Shown here: positions 35,040 through 48,751 of the stretch, in pieces
How positions within the stretch are numbered: the stretch's first letter is position 1
How the letters are laid out: each line of letters begins with the position of its first letter
Source: Ginglymostoma cirratum
Taxonomy: Eukaryota
Direction: 5' to 3'
DNA length: 64,000 bases
NCBI GenBank assembly: GCA_024137785.1
Contig: JAHRHZ010000155.1
Span: 736,165 to 800,164, forward strand
Notes under the pieces: model-generated
Database searches by the model: none
What the model was told of the DNA's origin: nothing
The model's input: the letters and a program-made list of their open reading frames with translations, nothing else
Program-made: the position numbers and the translations under genes

Positions 35040-37780
35040 TATGGGATGTCTTGCTGCAATTGTACAGCGTGAGACCACGCCTGGAGTACTGTGCACAGTT
35101 TTAATCTCCTTATCTGAGGAAGGGTGGTCTGGCAATGGAGTGTGTACAGCAACGTTTTGCCAGACTGATTCCTGGGATGGCACATGAAGAAAGATTGCAT
35201 TGATTAGAATTATATTTACTGAAGGTTAGAAGAATATGGGGGAGGGGGAGAATTTCATGCAATGGATAAAATTCTAACAGGACTGTACAGGGTAAACGCA
35301 AGAAGGATGTTTCTGATCACCAGGCAGTCCAATCTAAGGATGCTGGGTAAATATTTTAGGACTGAGATGAAGAGAAATGTCTTCACCTAGAGAGTGGGGA
35401 GCCTGTGGAATTCTTTATCACAGAAATAGGTTGAATAGTCAAAACACTGAATGTTTTCAAGAAGGAGTTAGATATATTTCTTAGGGGTAAAGGGATTAAG
35501 GGTATGGTGGAGAAAGAGAGAACAGGGGACTGAGATGGATCATCAGCTACGATCATTTTGAATGGTAATACAGGCTGGAAGGGCCGAATAGCTTAATCTT
35601 ATTCCTGGTTTCTCTGTCTCTACACTTCTTGGAGCTGGTGCAGGTCATTCAGCCCCGGGAGTCTCTTTCTCCTTCATAAGGATCACAGTCAATTAATTTG
35701 TAGCCTGATCCCTCCACGCCCATCTATCTCCCAATTACCTTTGATCCCACCCTCCCATTTGTGAAGAATCTACTGCAATTATTTAAACAGTTAAACACAT
35801 CTAATGTCCAATCGTTGTTAAAGAAATTGTGCTCCACAGACGCAAGACCCTCTGAGAGAGAAACAGAGACAGAGAGAGAGAGGGAGAATTTCAACTGATC
35901 TCCAGATTCAGCTTAATTTTAAACAAAGTCTTTGCTGGTCTAGACTCATCCATAATGGAAGCATCCTCTAACCATCCTCCCTGTTCTCTCAAAGTGTCAG
36001 TATGCTTCTAAAAGACAAGTTCGGGATATTGTCGCAGCATTATAACATGTGACCTGAAGGTGTAAAGGTCCCAGGTACCACCTTCCCTGGGATCACTCGA
36101 AGCATGATCCTCTACTGGAGTTTGCTGTTCTGTAGCGACCAAATCATTTCATGACTAGCCCAGATACTTATGTGTTGGTGACTGTAATAACTCTGTATAA
36201 TTGACAGCCATCAAAAGCGCCTTTTGGATTCCCCGATTCCCTGGTTCTGGTGTTATCAGGGAGTTCATAAGCATCACCACACTAGATAAAGATATCCTGC
36301 TTTTAGTGCCAGGGACCTAGCTTCAATCCCAGCCTCAAGCAACTGTCTGTGTGGAGTTTGCATGTTCTGCCGTGTCTGCATGGGTTTCCTCCAACAGTGC
36401 AAAGATGTGCAGGTGAGGTGGATTGGCCATATTAAATTGTCCAGTAGTGTCCAGGAATGTGTAGGCTAGTAGATTAGCCATGGTAAATACAGGGCTGGAG
36501 CAGCTGTGGGTGGGAGGCGTTTGGAGGGTTGTTTCAGACTCAGTGATCTGAATGGCCTCTTTCCACATTGTAGGGATTCTCTGATAATCTAGAGAGCCAG
36601 TTTTTTTTTTTTGCGACATGAGTTTAAATCCTACTACGGCAGATGGTGAATTTTGAACTCAGCAAAATTAAAAGCTGATCTAATGATGGCCAGTGTGACT
36701 ACTGTTGATATTAGACAAACCTATTGGGGTCACTAATATCCTTTCAGGAAGGAAACCTCCCATTCTTACCTAATCTGGTCTTGTATGTGACTCCAGACTC
36801 ACAACATCCCAAAATCCCTCTGTATATCAATTTTCCTAAGGATCCTGCTATTTACTGTAAACTTCCTTTTTGCATTTATCTTCCCACAATGCATTATCTC
36901 ACATTTGTCTGGATTAAACGCTATCTGCCATTTCTCTGCGCAAATTTCCAGCTGATCTATATCCTGCTGTATCTTTTGACAACCTGCCTGATTATCCACA
37001 ACTGCACCAATTTTCATAGAACATCACAGCGCAGTGCAGGCCTTTCGGCCCCCTTCATGTTGTTTGCAAACTTACTAATCAGACCACCTACATTTTTTTC
37101 CCAAAATTCATTCATTCATTTAAACATATCATGAAAAACAGAGGTCCCAGCACAGTTCCTTGTGGAGCACCACCGGTCACGGAAATCTAATTATATAAAA
37201 ACCCTCCACAACTACCCTCTCTCTTCTATGACCAGGCCAATCTTGTACCAAACTGACCAACTTAACATGAATCCCATGCAACTTAATCTTTTGGACCAGC
37301 TTAACGTGAGGAACCTTGTTCAAATGCTTTAGTAAAGTCCATGTAGACAACATCCACTGCCCTACCCTCATCAGTCATCTTTGTCACTTCCTCAAAAAGC
37401 TCAATCAACTTTGTGAGACAAGACCTCCCCTGCATGAAGCCTTGGGGAATATTCTTCACAAGAACTTTCTTTTCCAAGTGTGAATAAATCCAGTCCCTCA
37501 GAATCTTCTCCAATAATTACCTATGAGAATATCAGAATAGTAGTATCTATCACCATTGTAAAAAAGAACATTCATTAGTTTAGTCTCAACCATTGTCTGT
37601 GACAAAGAATTCCACAGGCTTCCCCACTCTCTGGAAGAAGACATTTCTCATCTCAATCCTTACTGGCTTACCCATATTCTTAGATGGTGACCCCCTGCTT
37701 CTGAATTCCACAGTCACCAGGAACCTCATTACTATATTTACCCTGTTTAGTCCATTTACACTATTATATGTTTCAACTCT
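35040..37780. mobile_element. CR1 fragments and SINE (36285-36580)
   Basis: GFMQGRSCLTKLIELFEEVT..AVDVVYMDFTKAF (minus 37301-37513). Confidence 0.85.
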
Positions 37781-37897
37781 CCCTCAGCACTGACCATCTG
37801 ATAGTGCAGCACTGCCTCAGTAATGACCCTGTCAGGTGCAGAACTCCCTCACTACTGATCCTCCAACAGCGCTGCGCTCCCTCAGCACTGACCCTCC

Positions 37898-40800
37898 TGG
37901 AATAACTCCTGAAAGGCCGGTATCCCCTCATCAAGTCACCCTGTATCTACATATGTATAGTGCATCACACTGACCCAGCTGCAGAGAGCTGGCTCCTAGA
38001 GTGAGCAGAACCCTGGACAGTCCTGTTTATGTCTTGTCAGCCAGGGGTCCATGATTGGACAAGGTGAACAGACCCAATCGGGGAAGTCATATTCCATGAG
38101 GTTCACCTGGCTTACCTTATTCAAATCACTGTATCCCTCTCCCTCTAAGTCATAGGGCATAGGGCCTATTCTTTTTCATGTAACTTCTGTTGGGGAATTT
38201 TTACACTAGGTCCAGTTCCCCTGACTCAGCCTCAGATCTGGACAACACGTACAGTACCGTAGCTCGCTTCTTATGCCTGGAACATCTTGGAAGATATTCA
38301 TCTTCTTCTTCAAGCAGTAATGGCATTGAGGCTGCAACATCCACTGTGTCCATCCCGTCCTCAAGAGGGTTCTTCGACATTAGGTGGACAGCGAGAACCC
38401 ACGAGTTCTGACAGCCTTGCTGGATGTCCTGAGGGACCGGGTATATTTTGCTCCTGCCCTTTTTATAAAGTCGCAGCTTTCATGTCGTCCACATGCTTGT
38501 TCAGGACTGCCTCTCCTTCCTGAACTTTGTATATCATGGGACCTGACATCTTGTTGACCATTTCTCTTATCAACGCAGGGCCATTCCCATGGTTTCAACA
38601 CCAAAGTTTATCCCCTGAAGTAAACTGTCTCTCTTGCTTGGAGTGGTTTTGTGTCCAGAATTGGCATTCCTGATGCCCTTTCACCCTCCCCCCCGGGTCT
38701 GGGAAGATCATATTTAACCTGGTGCAGAGTCTTCTGCCTGTTAGCAACTCTGCTGGAGCTATCCCTGTAGTTGCATGAGGGCTGGCCTGATAATCAAATG
38801 GAAAGTGGTACAGATTGGTTTCAAGTGAAGCTGTAAGCTGTTTCTTTAACACCCTGCCTTCAAAGTTTGGACTGCTCTTTCCACAAGATCATTGAGTAAT
38901 ACATGGTATGGAGGTCTTCTTAGATGTTGAATGCCATTCAACATTAGGAAAAACTCAAAATCCCTGCTGGTAAATGATGACCCATTGTCGGTGACCAACA
39001 CTCCTAGATGTCCATGTTTTGTAAAAGATGCTCGTAGCTTTTCAATCGTTATCCCTGAGTTTGATGAATGAACTCCATGCATGTTCAACCGCTTTTAATG
39101 GGTGTCCACAATGACTAAGAATATTGAGCCCATGAAAGGACCGCCTAGTCAACATGTAACTGCGTCCAGGGTTAACCAGCCATTCTCACAAATGTGGAGA
39201 AGCTGCTGGCAGTAATTTTTGTCCTTGCTGGCATTCTGGGCACTGCCCCACCAACACAGCGATGTGAGCATCCAATCCTGACCACAAGATATACCTTCTC
39301 ACCAATGTCTTCACTTTCGAAACTCCTGGATGCCCGTGGTGGAGTTCAGCCAGTATCTGGCAGCAACATTTGCTCCAGACTATCACTCTCGCTACCCATA
39401 AAAAATATGCCGTCCTCCATGGTAGTCTCGCCGTGTCCAGAAAGGTTTCAATTCTGGTTATGATGGCTCTTTTGTTTCCCCCATTATCGCCAGCTGTTTA
39501 GTTTTGCCAGAAAAGGATCTTTTTGAGTCTACAGTTTGATATTGTCAGTGGCGACCAGAAAGGTGCCCAAAAAGCTTTAAACCAGAACAGACTCTTCCAG
39601 TCGCGGCACCGTTGGTGGTGCATCCGCCAGTAGGAGGCAACTCAAAGCATCTGCATTTGCCACTTGGCCTCCCTATTTGTAATTGTACGCACTCAGAATA
39701 AAAGCTCACTGCTGCATTCGACCTGAAGCTATGGTCCTCTTTCAGTAGCCTGAGCAGGTGTTTTTGGTCTGTTACTATTACGAATTGACTTCAATAAATG
39801 TATTGGTGGAACTTTGCCACAGGAAAGATGACCGCCAAACCTTCCTTCTCTATCTGTGCATTAACCAAAGTCCGGAAAGCATACGCTATTGGGTGTACCT
39901 CTCCGCTAGGCCACCAGAGAGCCAACACTACCCCGATACTGTACGGAGAGGTATTGCATTGTCAGCACCACATTTCACTTAGCATCATAATGTGCCAGCA
40001 CCTCAGATGACAATAGCTGCTTCTTCATTTTCCTGAAGGCTACATCTTGGCTATAAGACCATTTCCGAGGCTGACCCGTTCTCAGTAGCAAATGTAAGAG
40101 TGCCAGAACGAACGCCAGGTTACTTATGAATTTTCCATAGTAATTCACCAACCCAAGGAAAGACCTAAGCTCTGGTACAGGCTTGGGAGGCAGTGCACCT
40201 TTCATCGCCCTCACTTGTGTAACACATTCTTGTCAATTCTGTAGCACAAGAAGGTCACATGGAGTGCCTGGAACATACATTTTCCCTCCTAAGGTGTACC
40301 CCTGCTTTGGAGAAACGTTTGAGCACTATATTCAAATTCCCTAAATGCTCTTTATTGGTCTTCTCAGTTATTGGCACATCATCCAGATAAATGGCGACCT
40401 GGGGTAGACCTTCCAATGTCTGCTGGAAAATGGCATGGGTTGATGATACTCCAGAAGGCAGTCTTGTATATTAGTACAAATGCTTAACAGTATTAATTGT
40501 CATATACCTCTGGGAATCCTCTGGGAATCCTCATCTAATCACAATTGTGGGTATGCATGACTCATGTCCAGCTTTGTGAAGGACAGCCCACATCCCCCAC
40601 CAATTTTGTGTATAAGTCGCCTATGCAGGAGATTGATTATTTATCCAACTGTGAAAGGAGGTTCACTGTTTCAAATCCCTCACCACTGTTGGGTCTGTTA
40701 ACCTTGTCCAAGGTGAATTGACATGTCGAACTTCATAATCGGTATGATTGGTGCTGTCCATTCCACAAACTAGACTGGTTTGATGATTCCCTCACTTTCC

Positions 40801-42473
40801 AAACTTCCGATTTCTGCCTCTACTTTTGCAGATAAGGCAAATGGCATGGGGTGTGCCTTGCAAAATTGTGGATTTGCTTCTTGGTCAACTTGTAAATTGG
40901 CCTTGGCTCCTTCGCTAGTCCCTAGTCCTCCCTGAAAAAACTTCCAGGTGTTTAATTAAGTCTACACACAGGCAGCCATTTTCTAATTGAAAACTGTTGA
41001 GCCAATCAAGTTGAATCCTTCTGAACCAATTCGCACCTTCAAGCTTGGGCCTGAGCCGTTTACTACAATCAGTGGAATCCGAACCAGCCTTTCCTCATAA
41101 GAGAGGGGAACAAAAATTGTCGCCTTAATCTGTAGAGGATCCCCAGTATAGGTTCTTAGCCTGGCCAAAATCTTACACAAAGTTAAAGATTGGAGTCCTG
41201 AAAGAACTTTGGGAAAGACTGGTTCTCCGATCACTGATGCAGCTGTGCTGGTGTCAATCTCCATTAGAACTAGATCATTTAAACAGATTTTTGTTTTGAT
41301 TGTTTCTGATTTGGATATTGCTAAGCAATTAAACTGTTCCAAACCAGCTTCCAGGGTCTGCTCTCTCCTGGATACCAGACTATGAGTTCTCTTATTCAAT
41401 TCACGCCAAGTGGGACTCTTTCTGTCACAAATCCACGTACCAGCAGCAACTACAATGGCTTGCTGGCCCAAATCCTCGAGAAAAGTTTAAGTGTTGGCCG
41501 AGTCTTGGCTTTCTTTTGGGGTTTTGCTGTGGGCTGACCTAGAGTGCCTCTGTTCAGGATATGTCCTGAGTGAGGCTATGCAATTGTCTTCACTCAAGTG
41601 GCGTTCCCTAAGCTCAGTCGGTCTGGTGAGGGTATCAACTTCCATCAGCATACCTAGTAGCTGGGAAGGTCCGCATGCCACATTTTCTAATGACAAAGCC
41701 AGTTGTAGTGCCTGTTTGGAGTCCAGTTGGGCTTCAGATAGGAAGCGCTTTTGCACGGTCAGATCATTAATCCCACATACCAAATGGTCTCTCGTCTTCT
41801 CACTCAGGGTTAAAACAAAATCACTTTGCCGGTCGTCTTAAACCCATCAGAGATACCAATACAGATTCCCCTCATTCTCGAACTGTCGAGTAAAACCGAT
41901 AGCATCTCAGAATTACAGGAGGCATGGGGTTGTAATATTCCTTTGCTAAACCTATCAAGTCTTGGAAGATTTTGGTCTCTGGTGCCTGCAGGAAAGTTAG
42001 GCTCCTAATAACCGAAAAAGCTACAGGTCAACACACTGTCAGGAGAATTACCCATTGCTTTTCTTCTGTCCCAGTGTCATTTGTCTGGGGAAAAAAAAAC
42101 TCATTGTTTCCATATACTGGGTCCAGTTTTCGATGGTGGGATCAAACGAATCAAGTTTCCTAAATAGTGCATAATGGCAGAAATGCTTAACCCAATTCAA
42201 AGATGCCTGTTGTGAGTGAATCACTTCAGTTTTCTCTATTCGCCACTGAAATACCTCCACGAAGACTGGTTCCCTTCACCCTTTATTTACATGTGCATAT
42301 TACATGCTACTGACCCAGCTAGCAGAGAGCCAGCTCCTGGAGTGAGCAGAACCTCTGACACTGCAGTTTATGTCTGTCAGCCAGGACTCCCTGATTGTAC
42401 CAAGTTAACAGCCTCAATCAGGGAAGTCATATTCTGTGAGATCCATCTGGTTGACATCATTCCAATCATCACA
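37898..42473 (-). mobile_element. Decayed full-length Gypsy (Ty3) LTR retrotransposon
   Basis: LTRs ~37898-38133 and ~42247-42473; PBS TGGCGA next to the 5' LTR; PPT AGAGGGAGAGGGA next to the 3' LTR; gag (VCGIND..QKRFLSE), protease (MEIDTSTAASVI), RT (YLDDV; LRSFLGLVNYYGKF), integrase (LHHGHPG..CPEC; LVTDNGSSFTS; ERAVQTLK). Confidence 0.93.
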
Positions 42474-42601
42474 GATTCCACTGAATAACTTTGGACACAC
42501 AGCCTTAGACAGTAAGAAAAGGCCCCCACACTGCTTACAGGGAGGATTGAATTACAGGTACAGAACTTAGCAGGACTGGAATGTGGTTGAATACGATGCA
42601 T

Positions 42602-42935
42602 TGTGAAAGGCCCAAGGATAGAGGTAAGGGTGTCTGATAAACATCATGAGATCATGGAAGACCAAGGGTTGTCCATAAGACTGCCCAGCATTGACCATAC
42701 AGTCACATGATTAATTTGATTGAGTGTGTATATAATCAATTAATAATGTGATTGGTTTGTAAATGCCAAAGGGAGGCTGAAAACAAATGTACTAAAGTTT
42801 ATGTCTTTACTTTGTCCATTGAAGAAGCTTCTGACCCCCAGAGATTTCTTCCCACCGGTGTAATTTTAATAAACTCTTTGATATTGGAGGTGGGCTGTTG
42901 GTGTCGGTGATTTATTTAGTCATTCCACCCCAACA
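42602..42935 (+). mobile_element. Possible solo LTR
   Basis: TG..CA ends, TATATAA ~42730 and AATAAA ~42868; no TSD seen. Confidence 0.4.
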
Positions 42936-42959
42936 AATGTAAATCAGGAGGTGGAAGAC

Positions 42960-44025
42960 TGTGAAGAACTTACTGAAAGTACAGGAAAGAGGTAAGTGGT
43001 ACTGAGTGAATTGATGGAGCTGTGGGCTGACACGTCCCTGGAATCAGGTTGACTTCATCCAAGAGTGTTAAGGAGCTAGCAAAAGACATAATAAGTTGTT
43101 GTTATTTTTATCAAATTTGCTGGACCCTGGAAAGATTCCAGCAGATTAGTTAATAGCAAATACCTATTCAAGGGATGGAGACAAAAAAAATAGGAAACTG
43201 TCATTGTGAGGAAACTCATGCTTTCTGTCATTGTGAAGTTGTTAAAATCAATCATAAAGAAGGTTATCACTGAGCATTTAGACAAATTCAAAGTGATCAG
43301 GAGGAGTCAACATAGTTTTGCAAAAGGGAGATCATATTTAACCAATTTATTGCAGTTATTTGAATTAATAATGAGTACTGTGGAGATAGGAGAGCCTGTA
43401 ATTGTGACGATTTTCAATTTCCAGATGGCATTTGACAAGTTGCTAGATAAAGGTTATTTTGTTCATGCAAGTGGAAGCATACATACGATGAACGGCTGAG
43501 GATCCTGGGATTGTATTCATTAGAGTTTAGAAGGTTGAGGGGAGATCTAATAGAACCTCACAAGATAATGCATGGCTTAGAAAAGGTGGATGCTGGGAAG
43601 TTGTTTCCGTTAGGTGGGGATACTAGGACCCATGGGCACAGCCTTAGAATTAGAGGGAGTCAATTTAGAATGGAAATGAGGAGACATTTCTTCAGCCAGA
43701 GAGTGGTGGGCCTGTGGAATTCATTGCCACGGAGCGCAGTGGAGGCCGGGACGTTGAATGTCTTCAAGGCATAGATTGATAAATTCTTGATCTCGCAAGG
43801 AATCAAGGGCTATGGGGAGAGTGCGGGTAAGTGGAGTTGAAATGCTCATCAGCCATGATTAAATGGCGGAGTGGACTCGATGGACTGAAAGGCATTACTT
43901 CCACTCCTATGTTTTATGGTCTTATGGTCTTACACTGAGACACGTGGAGTCCCACCTGGATCATTGCTGGGGCTTCAGATATTTACAGTTGATATTAATG
44001 ACATAGATGAAGTGATAGAAAGCAC
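42960..44025 (+). mobile_element. Old CR1 fragment with a younger CR1 3' end (43490-43930)
   Basis: SQHSFAKGRSYLTNLL..AFDK; RRLRGDLIE..FFSQRVVGLWNSLP. Confidence 0.88.
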
Positions 44026-44029
44026 TAAG

Positions 44030-44450
44030 GGAGGAACAGGAGAAGATCAATTCAGCCCCTCATATCATGTTAATTGCTGCCCAAATCTGTACAGAATCAA
44101 TATCAGGGCCACTTAAAAAGTTAACAGTTTATTTGAAATTCGAGACAAACTGATGCCTTCTCACTTACCAATCTCACCCACACTGACACATCGACAATTC
44201 TAAAGAAACACAGAGTGGGTGTAGCACAGGAAGAGGCTATTCAGTCCAAGCAATTACTCCCCAGGTGAACAGTTGGACAATACAGGGTAAATAACATCGC
44301 AACAGGAACTTACTTCCAAGGTCAACATCATCCTTTGTTGATGTTGTAAGGACAGATTCCAATAATTGATGCCTTGAGTTCTACTTATCATTGAGGTCTG
44401 ACCATAAGACTCAAGTCAGTGAAACAGATCAATTTTCTGGATCTCGACAT
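44030..44450 (+). promoter_or_regulatory. Promoter/exon 1 cassette P5 (gene C); donor after 44286; ETS core deleted
   Basis: Colinear with P4 (ccttctcactt..atctcac..gacacatcgacaattctaa) but lacks acttcctg; AGG|GTAAAT. Confidence 0.6.
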
Positions 44451-44675
44451 GAGTGATATCCATAGAAATTCAAATCCTTGTTTTACTTTCTTGAAGCCTT
44501 CCAACTGTCTGCACAGCACCTATCATTCTGCAGCAAATCAAAGTAGTCTGTGAGGACAATGTCTAAAAGTAGTTCTGATCTCTTGTGAGCTGTTCGACAA
44601 GATGTGGGTCTCAGTAACTCCTTTCTCCTTCAGAGCTTGAGAGGCAGAAGCTGATGAAATATCTGGGAGCGGACA

Positions 44676-44715
44676 ATGATCGGGAAATCTTACTTCCTGC
44701 TGTCACTTCTCCAAG
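44676..44715 (+). CDS. Siglec-like gene C signal-peptide exon (MIGKSYFLLSLLQ; exon 44634-44715)
   Basis: Coding part 40/40 identical to leader A; acceptor CTTTCTCCTTCAG, donor AAG|GTAATG. Confidence 0.88.
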
Positions 44716-45559
44716 GTAATGTCACCATCAGCTCAGACAGACTTATGTTTGATAGTTTTTGTTAAAGGTTATTCTCACTGAGCTCTGATTAGAAACCAAT
44801 TCGGCAGTGAGCCAGTGTACAAACTCAGACCAAGTCCTGCTCACCCATCACCCCTGTGTTCATTGATATACACTGACTCTCAGTCTGACAACAGTAATGA
44901 AGCAGCACAGACAGCTTGTAGCGTACATTGCAGATGTAAAGGAGGTTACAGAGTTAGGGAATGGAGAAGGGAGATAAGAGATGGGAAATAAATGGTGATT
45001 ATCATAAAGTTGAAGCTTTGGCAACCAATGAAAATCAGTGAAAAATGATCCAGTTGTAGGAATGAGCCGTGATAAAAACTGGGGAATGACATTTACTCTG
45101 AAGCTACTAGTCCAATTACAATTTTCTGAAATGTGTGTCTTTTGTTGGTTTTCATTACAATTTCCCATGAAGACCACAAAGCAGCTCCTTGAATAGAAAG
45201 GCAGTTCAGATTCACAAATCCTGTCCATCCCCACTGTGCTAGAAATCCCAATAAGTGTGCAAGATAACAACAGAGAGAAGGAGGTGAAGCAGTCAGTAGA
45301 GAAGGTGTCAAACATTCAATTCCATATTTATCTTTACTGTCAGCACATGCAGAGCTCAGGCTAGAGGCACTTTGCTCCAACTTTTCATAATGTCTGGTAC
45401 ACTAGTGTCAGTGCTGAGCTTGGGGACCAGTCAGGCGGCAATGCTGTCTTGGAATCAAGAATGCAACAACATTGGATTTGGATCAAAAGTAATCCCTTAG
45501 ACAATCATGATGCAGAGAGATCTGTTCATCAAAGAAGATCCAAAGTGATTCCTTACAGC

Positions 45560-48380
45560 AGGAAAGGTGTTAAGGGGAGGTCATGTCTGAACACTTGGTT
45601 GATTTTTTCAAAGAGGTGACCGGGTGTGTAGATGGGGGGGCAATGGGTTTTGAAGTAGTCCTCTTGGACTTCAGCGAGGCTTTTGATAAGGTCCTGTATT
45701 GGAGGCTGATACCAAGTGTCAGAGCTCATGTGATCCAAGGAAATGTGGCAAATTGGATTCACAGTCGGCTGAGTTTCAGGAAGCAGAGGGTGATGGTTGA
45801 AGGGTGTTGTCTCCACTGGACATTTGTGTCCTGTAGGATCGCACAGGAGTCGGTATTGGGATTAATGCTAGTTGTGGTTTATATAAATGATTCACACTCG
45901 AGTGTCGGAGGGTTGATCAGTAAGTGTGCAGATGACAGAAATGTTAGTGAGGTTGAAAATAATAGGAAGGATAGAGATGAGCTCGTCAGATGGGCTGATC
46001 AGTGCCTAATGGAGTTCAACCCTGAAAGATGTGAGGTGATGCACTTGGGTAGGACAAACAAGGTAAAGGAATACATGATGAATCGTAGGACTCTGGGAAG
46101 CACCGAGGATTAGAGGGATCTTGGTGTTCATGTACACTGATCCCTCAAGGTATCAGGGCAGGTGAATAAAATAGTTAAGAAGGTGTTGTAGAACCATTGC
46201 TGATTTCTCATTATTTTTGTGTTTATTATGTTGTCAATTTTAGTTTGGAACTGTGACCTAGGAGTTGTGAGCTGAAAATAACTTGTGCACTTTCGAAGAG
46301 CTTGCGGTGAATGGAAAAAGAGACGAAACAAGCTTTAAATTGTTTATGATGCCAGGCCTGGGGGTTAATTGCAAGCTGGTTCTTGATTACAAAGATTCCA
46401 ACAGACACAGTGACCTCAGGAAGGTCAGTGTGTTTAAACAGAAGTTGCCTATTAACGAGGTCACTACCTGGGAATTGTTTCTGCCAGGTCTGGAAGGGGC
46501 TCTGCATTCAAGCGCACGGTGTATAGGATGAGCCAAAGGGCTAAAGTTAATGATGATATTCGACAGATGTATGAGAAGGTAGATTGTATAGGAAGGGCTG
46601 AATGGCTAAAATTGTTGATGACACTCGACAAGCTGCATGACTTTGGATGAGTCTTGTTAACATTCTTTTATGGACCGAAGGCTGCACCTGTAGCTTGTTT
46701 TCCTGTAGACGTGTTTTGTCTTCTGCTTTCTTTGTGCTAGAGAGAGAGAGAGTTTTGTTCCAAGTTGTTGGACTTCCCTTCAGCTCGGAATTGTGAACAG
46801 TGCCAGGAATGAACCTAAGCCTCCAGACCAGCTATCGATTGAGGGGTCCCCAACAGGCAGAAGAACATGAGACTTGTTGCTTTTTCTAGAAAGGTGTGAG
46901 ACTTGTTGCTATTTTTTCCTCTATTCTTTTCCATTTGTTATTACCACTATAATCATTTATTATTGCCATTATTATCATTATTCTTACTTAATAAACATTC
47001 ATATTTAAGAAAATTAATAATTTTCTTAAGAAAATTACTGTTGTCAAGCCTTCTCTTAATTATATTTAACTGAATCTGAAAAGAACTGCTTGGATACACA
47101 TTGTGATCCAAGACAGATGGCAGATGTTGAATGGTAATTGAGGCCTTGGGAAACGACAGTCAGCTTATCGAAGTGGAACCAGGTTGTTTTTGAACTGTGT
47201 TTTCTGGTGAGATGAGTTTGCTGCTGATGATACAGCATTAAGATTTGAAAGCTCCCTGCCTAATCTACCACACCAGCTTCCGGAAGCATAGAAAGCAGAA
47301 AGCTGCATTAGAAGTATTGCTACTTTTAACTGAGTGAACTCAAAAGGTGACCCTGATCAACATTTCCAGAGAAGCAACCAAGGAGTTCACATTTATACCT
47401 GTGAAACAATGCATCCTGTAAACCATTTAAGTCATCTGGCCAGTTTTGATATTGTCTTTTACATATCCATGAACTGTGTTATTTTGTCTGTCTGTTTGTG
47501 CAAATGGGAGCTAAAAACAAATGTTTCTGGTTTACAGGGTAGACATTAATCAGACTACCATGTTGTTTAATTTTTCTCTGCTAAAGTTATTGTATATTTG
47601 ATCAATTCTTAAGTCTTTTGCTTTATATACAAAATCAGTGTCTGGAATTAATTATTCTCAAAGTCTCGAATTATTCAGAAGTCTGCTTAGGAACCATTGG
47701 AGTAACTATTCGGGATCTTTTGAAAGCTTTAATTTTACTGTGTGGCGAATACAGAAATAGAAAGGCTGATTTGATTCGGCGTATCAAATACATGTCCTTG
47801 TTAGCTATGGCATGGAGTTCAAGACCGGGAAGTTGATGCTAGAATTGTATACAACATTGGTTAGGCCACAGATAGAGTACTGTGTGCCGTTCTGGTATCC
47901 ACATTATGGGAGGGATGTGATTGCACTGGAGAAGGTGCAGAGGTTATCTACCAGGATGTTGCCTGGGCCGGAAATGTTTTATTATGAAGAGAGATTAAAC
48001 AGGCTTGGATTGTTTTCCCTGGAGAGGAGATTGAGGAAGATGTGATTGAGATCTATAAAATTGAGGGGCACAGACAGGGTAGATGGGAAGAAGCCTTTCC
48101 CCTTGGTGGAGGGCTCAATGACCAGAGATTTAAGGTAAAGATAAAAAGGTTTCGATAAGATGTAAGGTAAAGATTTACCTGTAAGGGAGGGAGAGGCAGA
48201 GGCAGAGGCAGAAACCCTCAGAACATTTAATCAGTATTTCATGGTGCACTTGCCATACTCTCACCTGCAAGGTTATGGGTCAAGTGTGGGAAAATGGGAT
48301 CAGGATAGTTAAGTGGTTGTATTTGACTGGCAGGGATACAAAAGGCCAAAGGACCTTTCTCTATTCTGCAGATCTCTGTG
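45560..48380 (+). mobile_element. CR1-type LINE split by a ~1.6-kb unclassified (LTR-like) insertion at ~46187-47787
   Basis: ORF 45583-46113 (LDFSEAFDKV..YIND..CADD..FNPERCEVMHLG) resumes at 47812 (LYTTLVRPQIEYCVPFW). Confidence 0.85.
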
Positions 48381-48751
48381 ACATTAGTACCACTTATTCT
48401 CAAATTGTGATTTATAGACTCCAAGGGCTGCTGGTTAGAACAAATCAACAATGTGAGAGAGTGAGTGTGAAACAGCAGCGTGGGGGTGAAATACAGGAGA
48501 AATGGGAGGCTATTCACGTTGTATAAAGGAATGTGAGCTTGTGTTAGTCCGACATGTATAACTGAGAAGATGTCCTCTCTCAGAGCTCCCCAACATTCAT
48601 CCCCTTTCAAAATGATGGGGTCTCTCAACTCCTGTGGAATTCAGTAACCAGCCTTTAATGTATATTGAAACCTGCTCTGAGGCTGGTCATCCAGTGAGTC
48701 TGGTGGATCTACAGCCTATCCGATGCTAAATACTGATATTTCTCTCCTTAG

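Noticed and set aside
36170-36282. Minus-strand open segment after a pyrimidine-AG
   Set aside because: Donor reads ATAAGT and the peptide resembles nothing; no support as a gene B remnant
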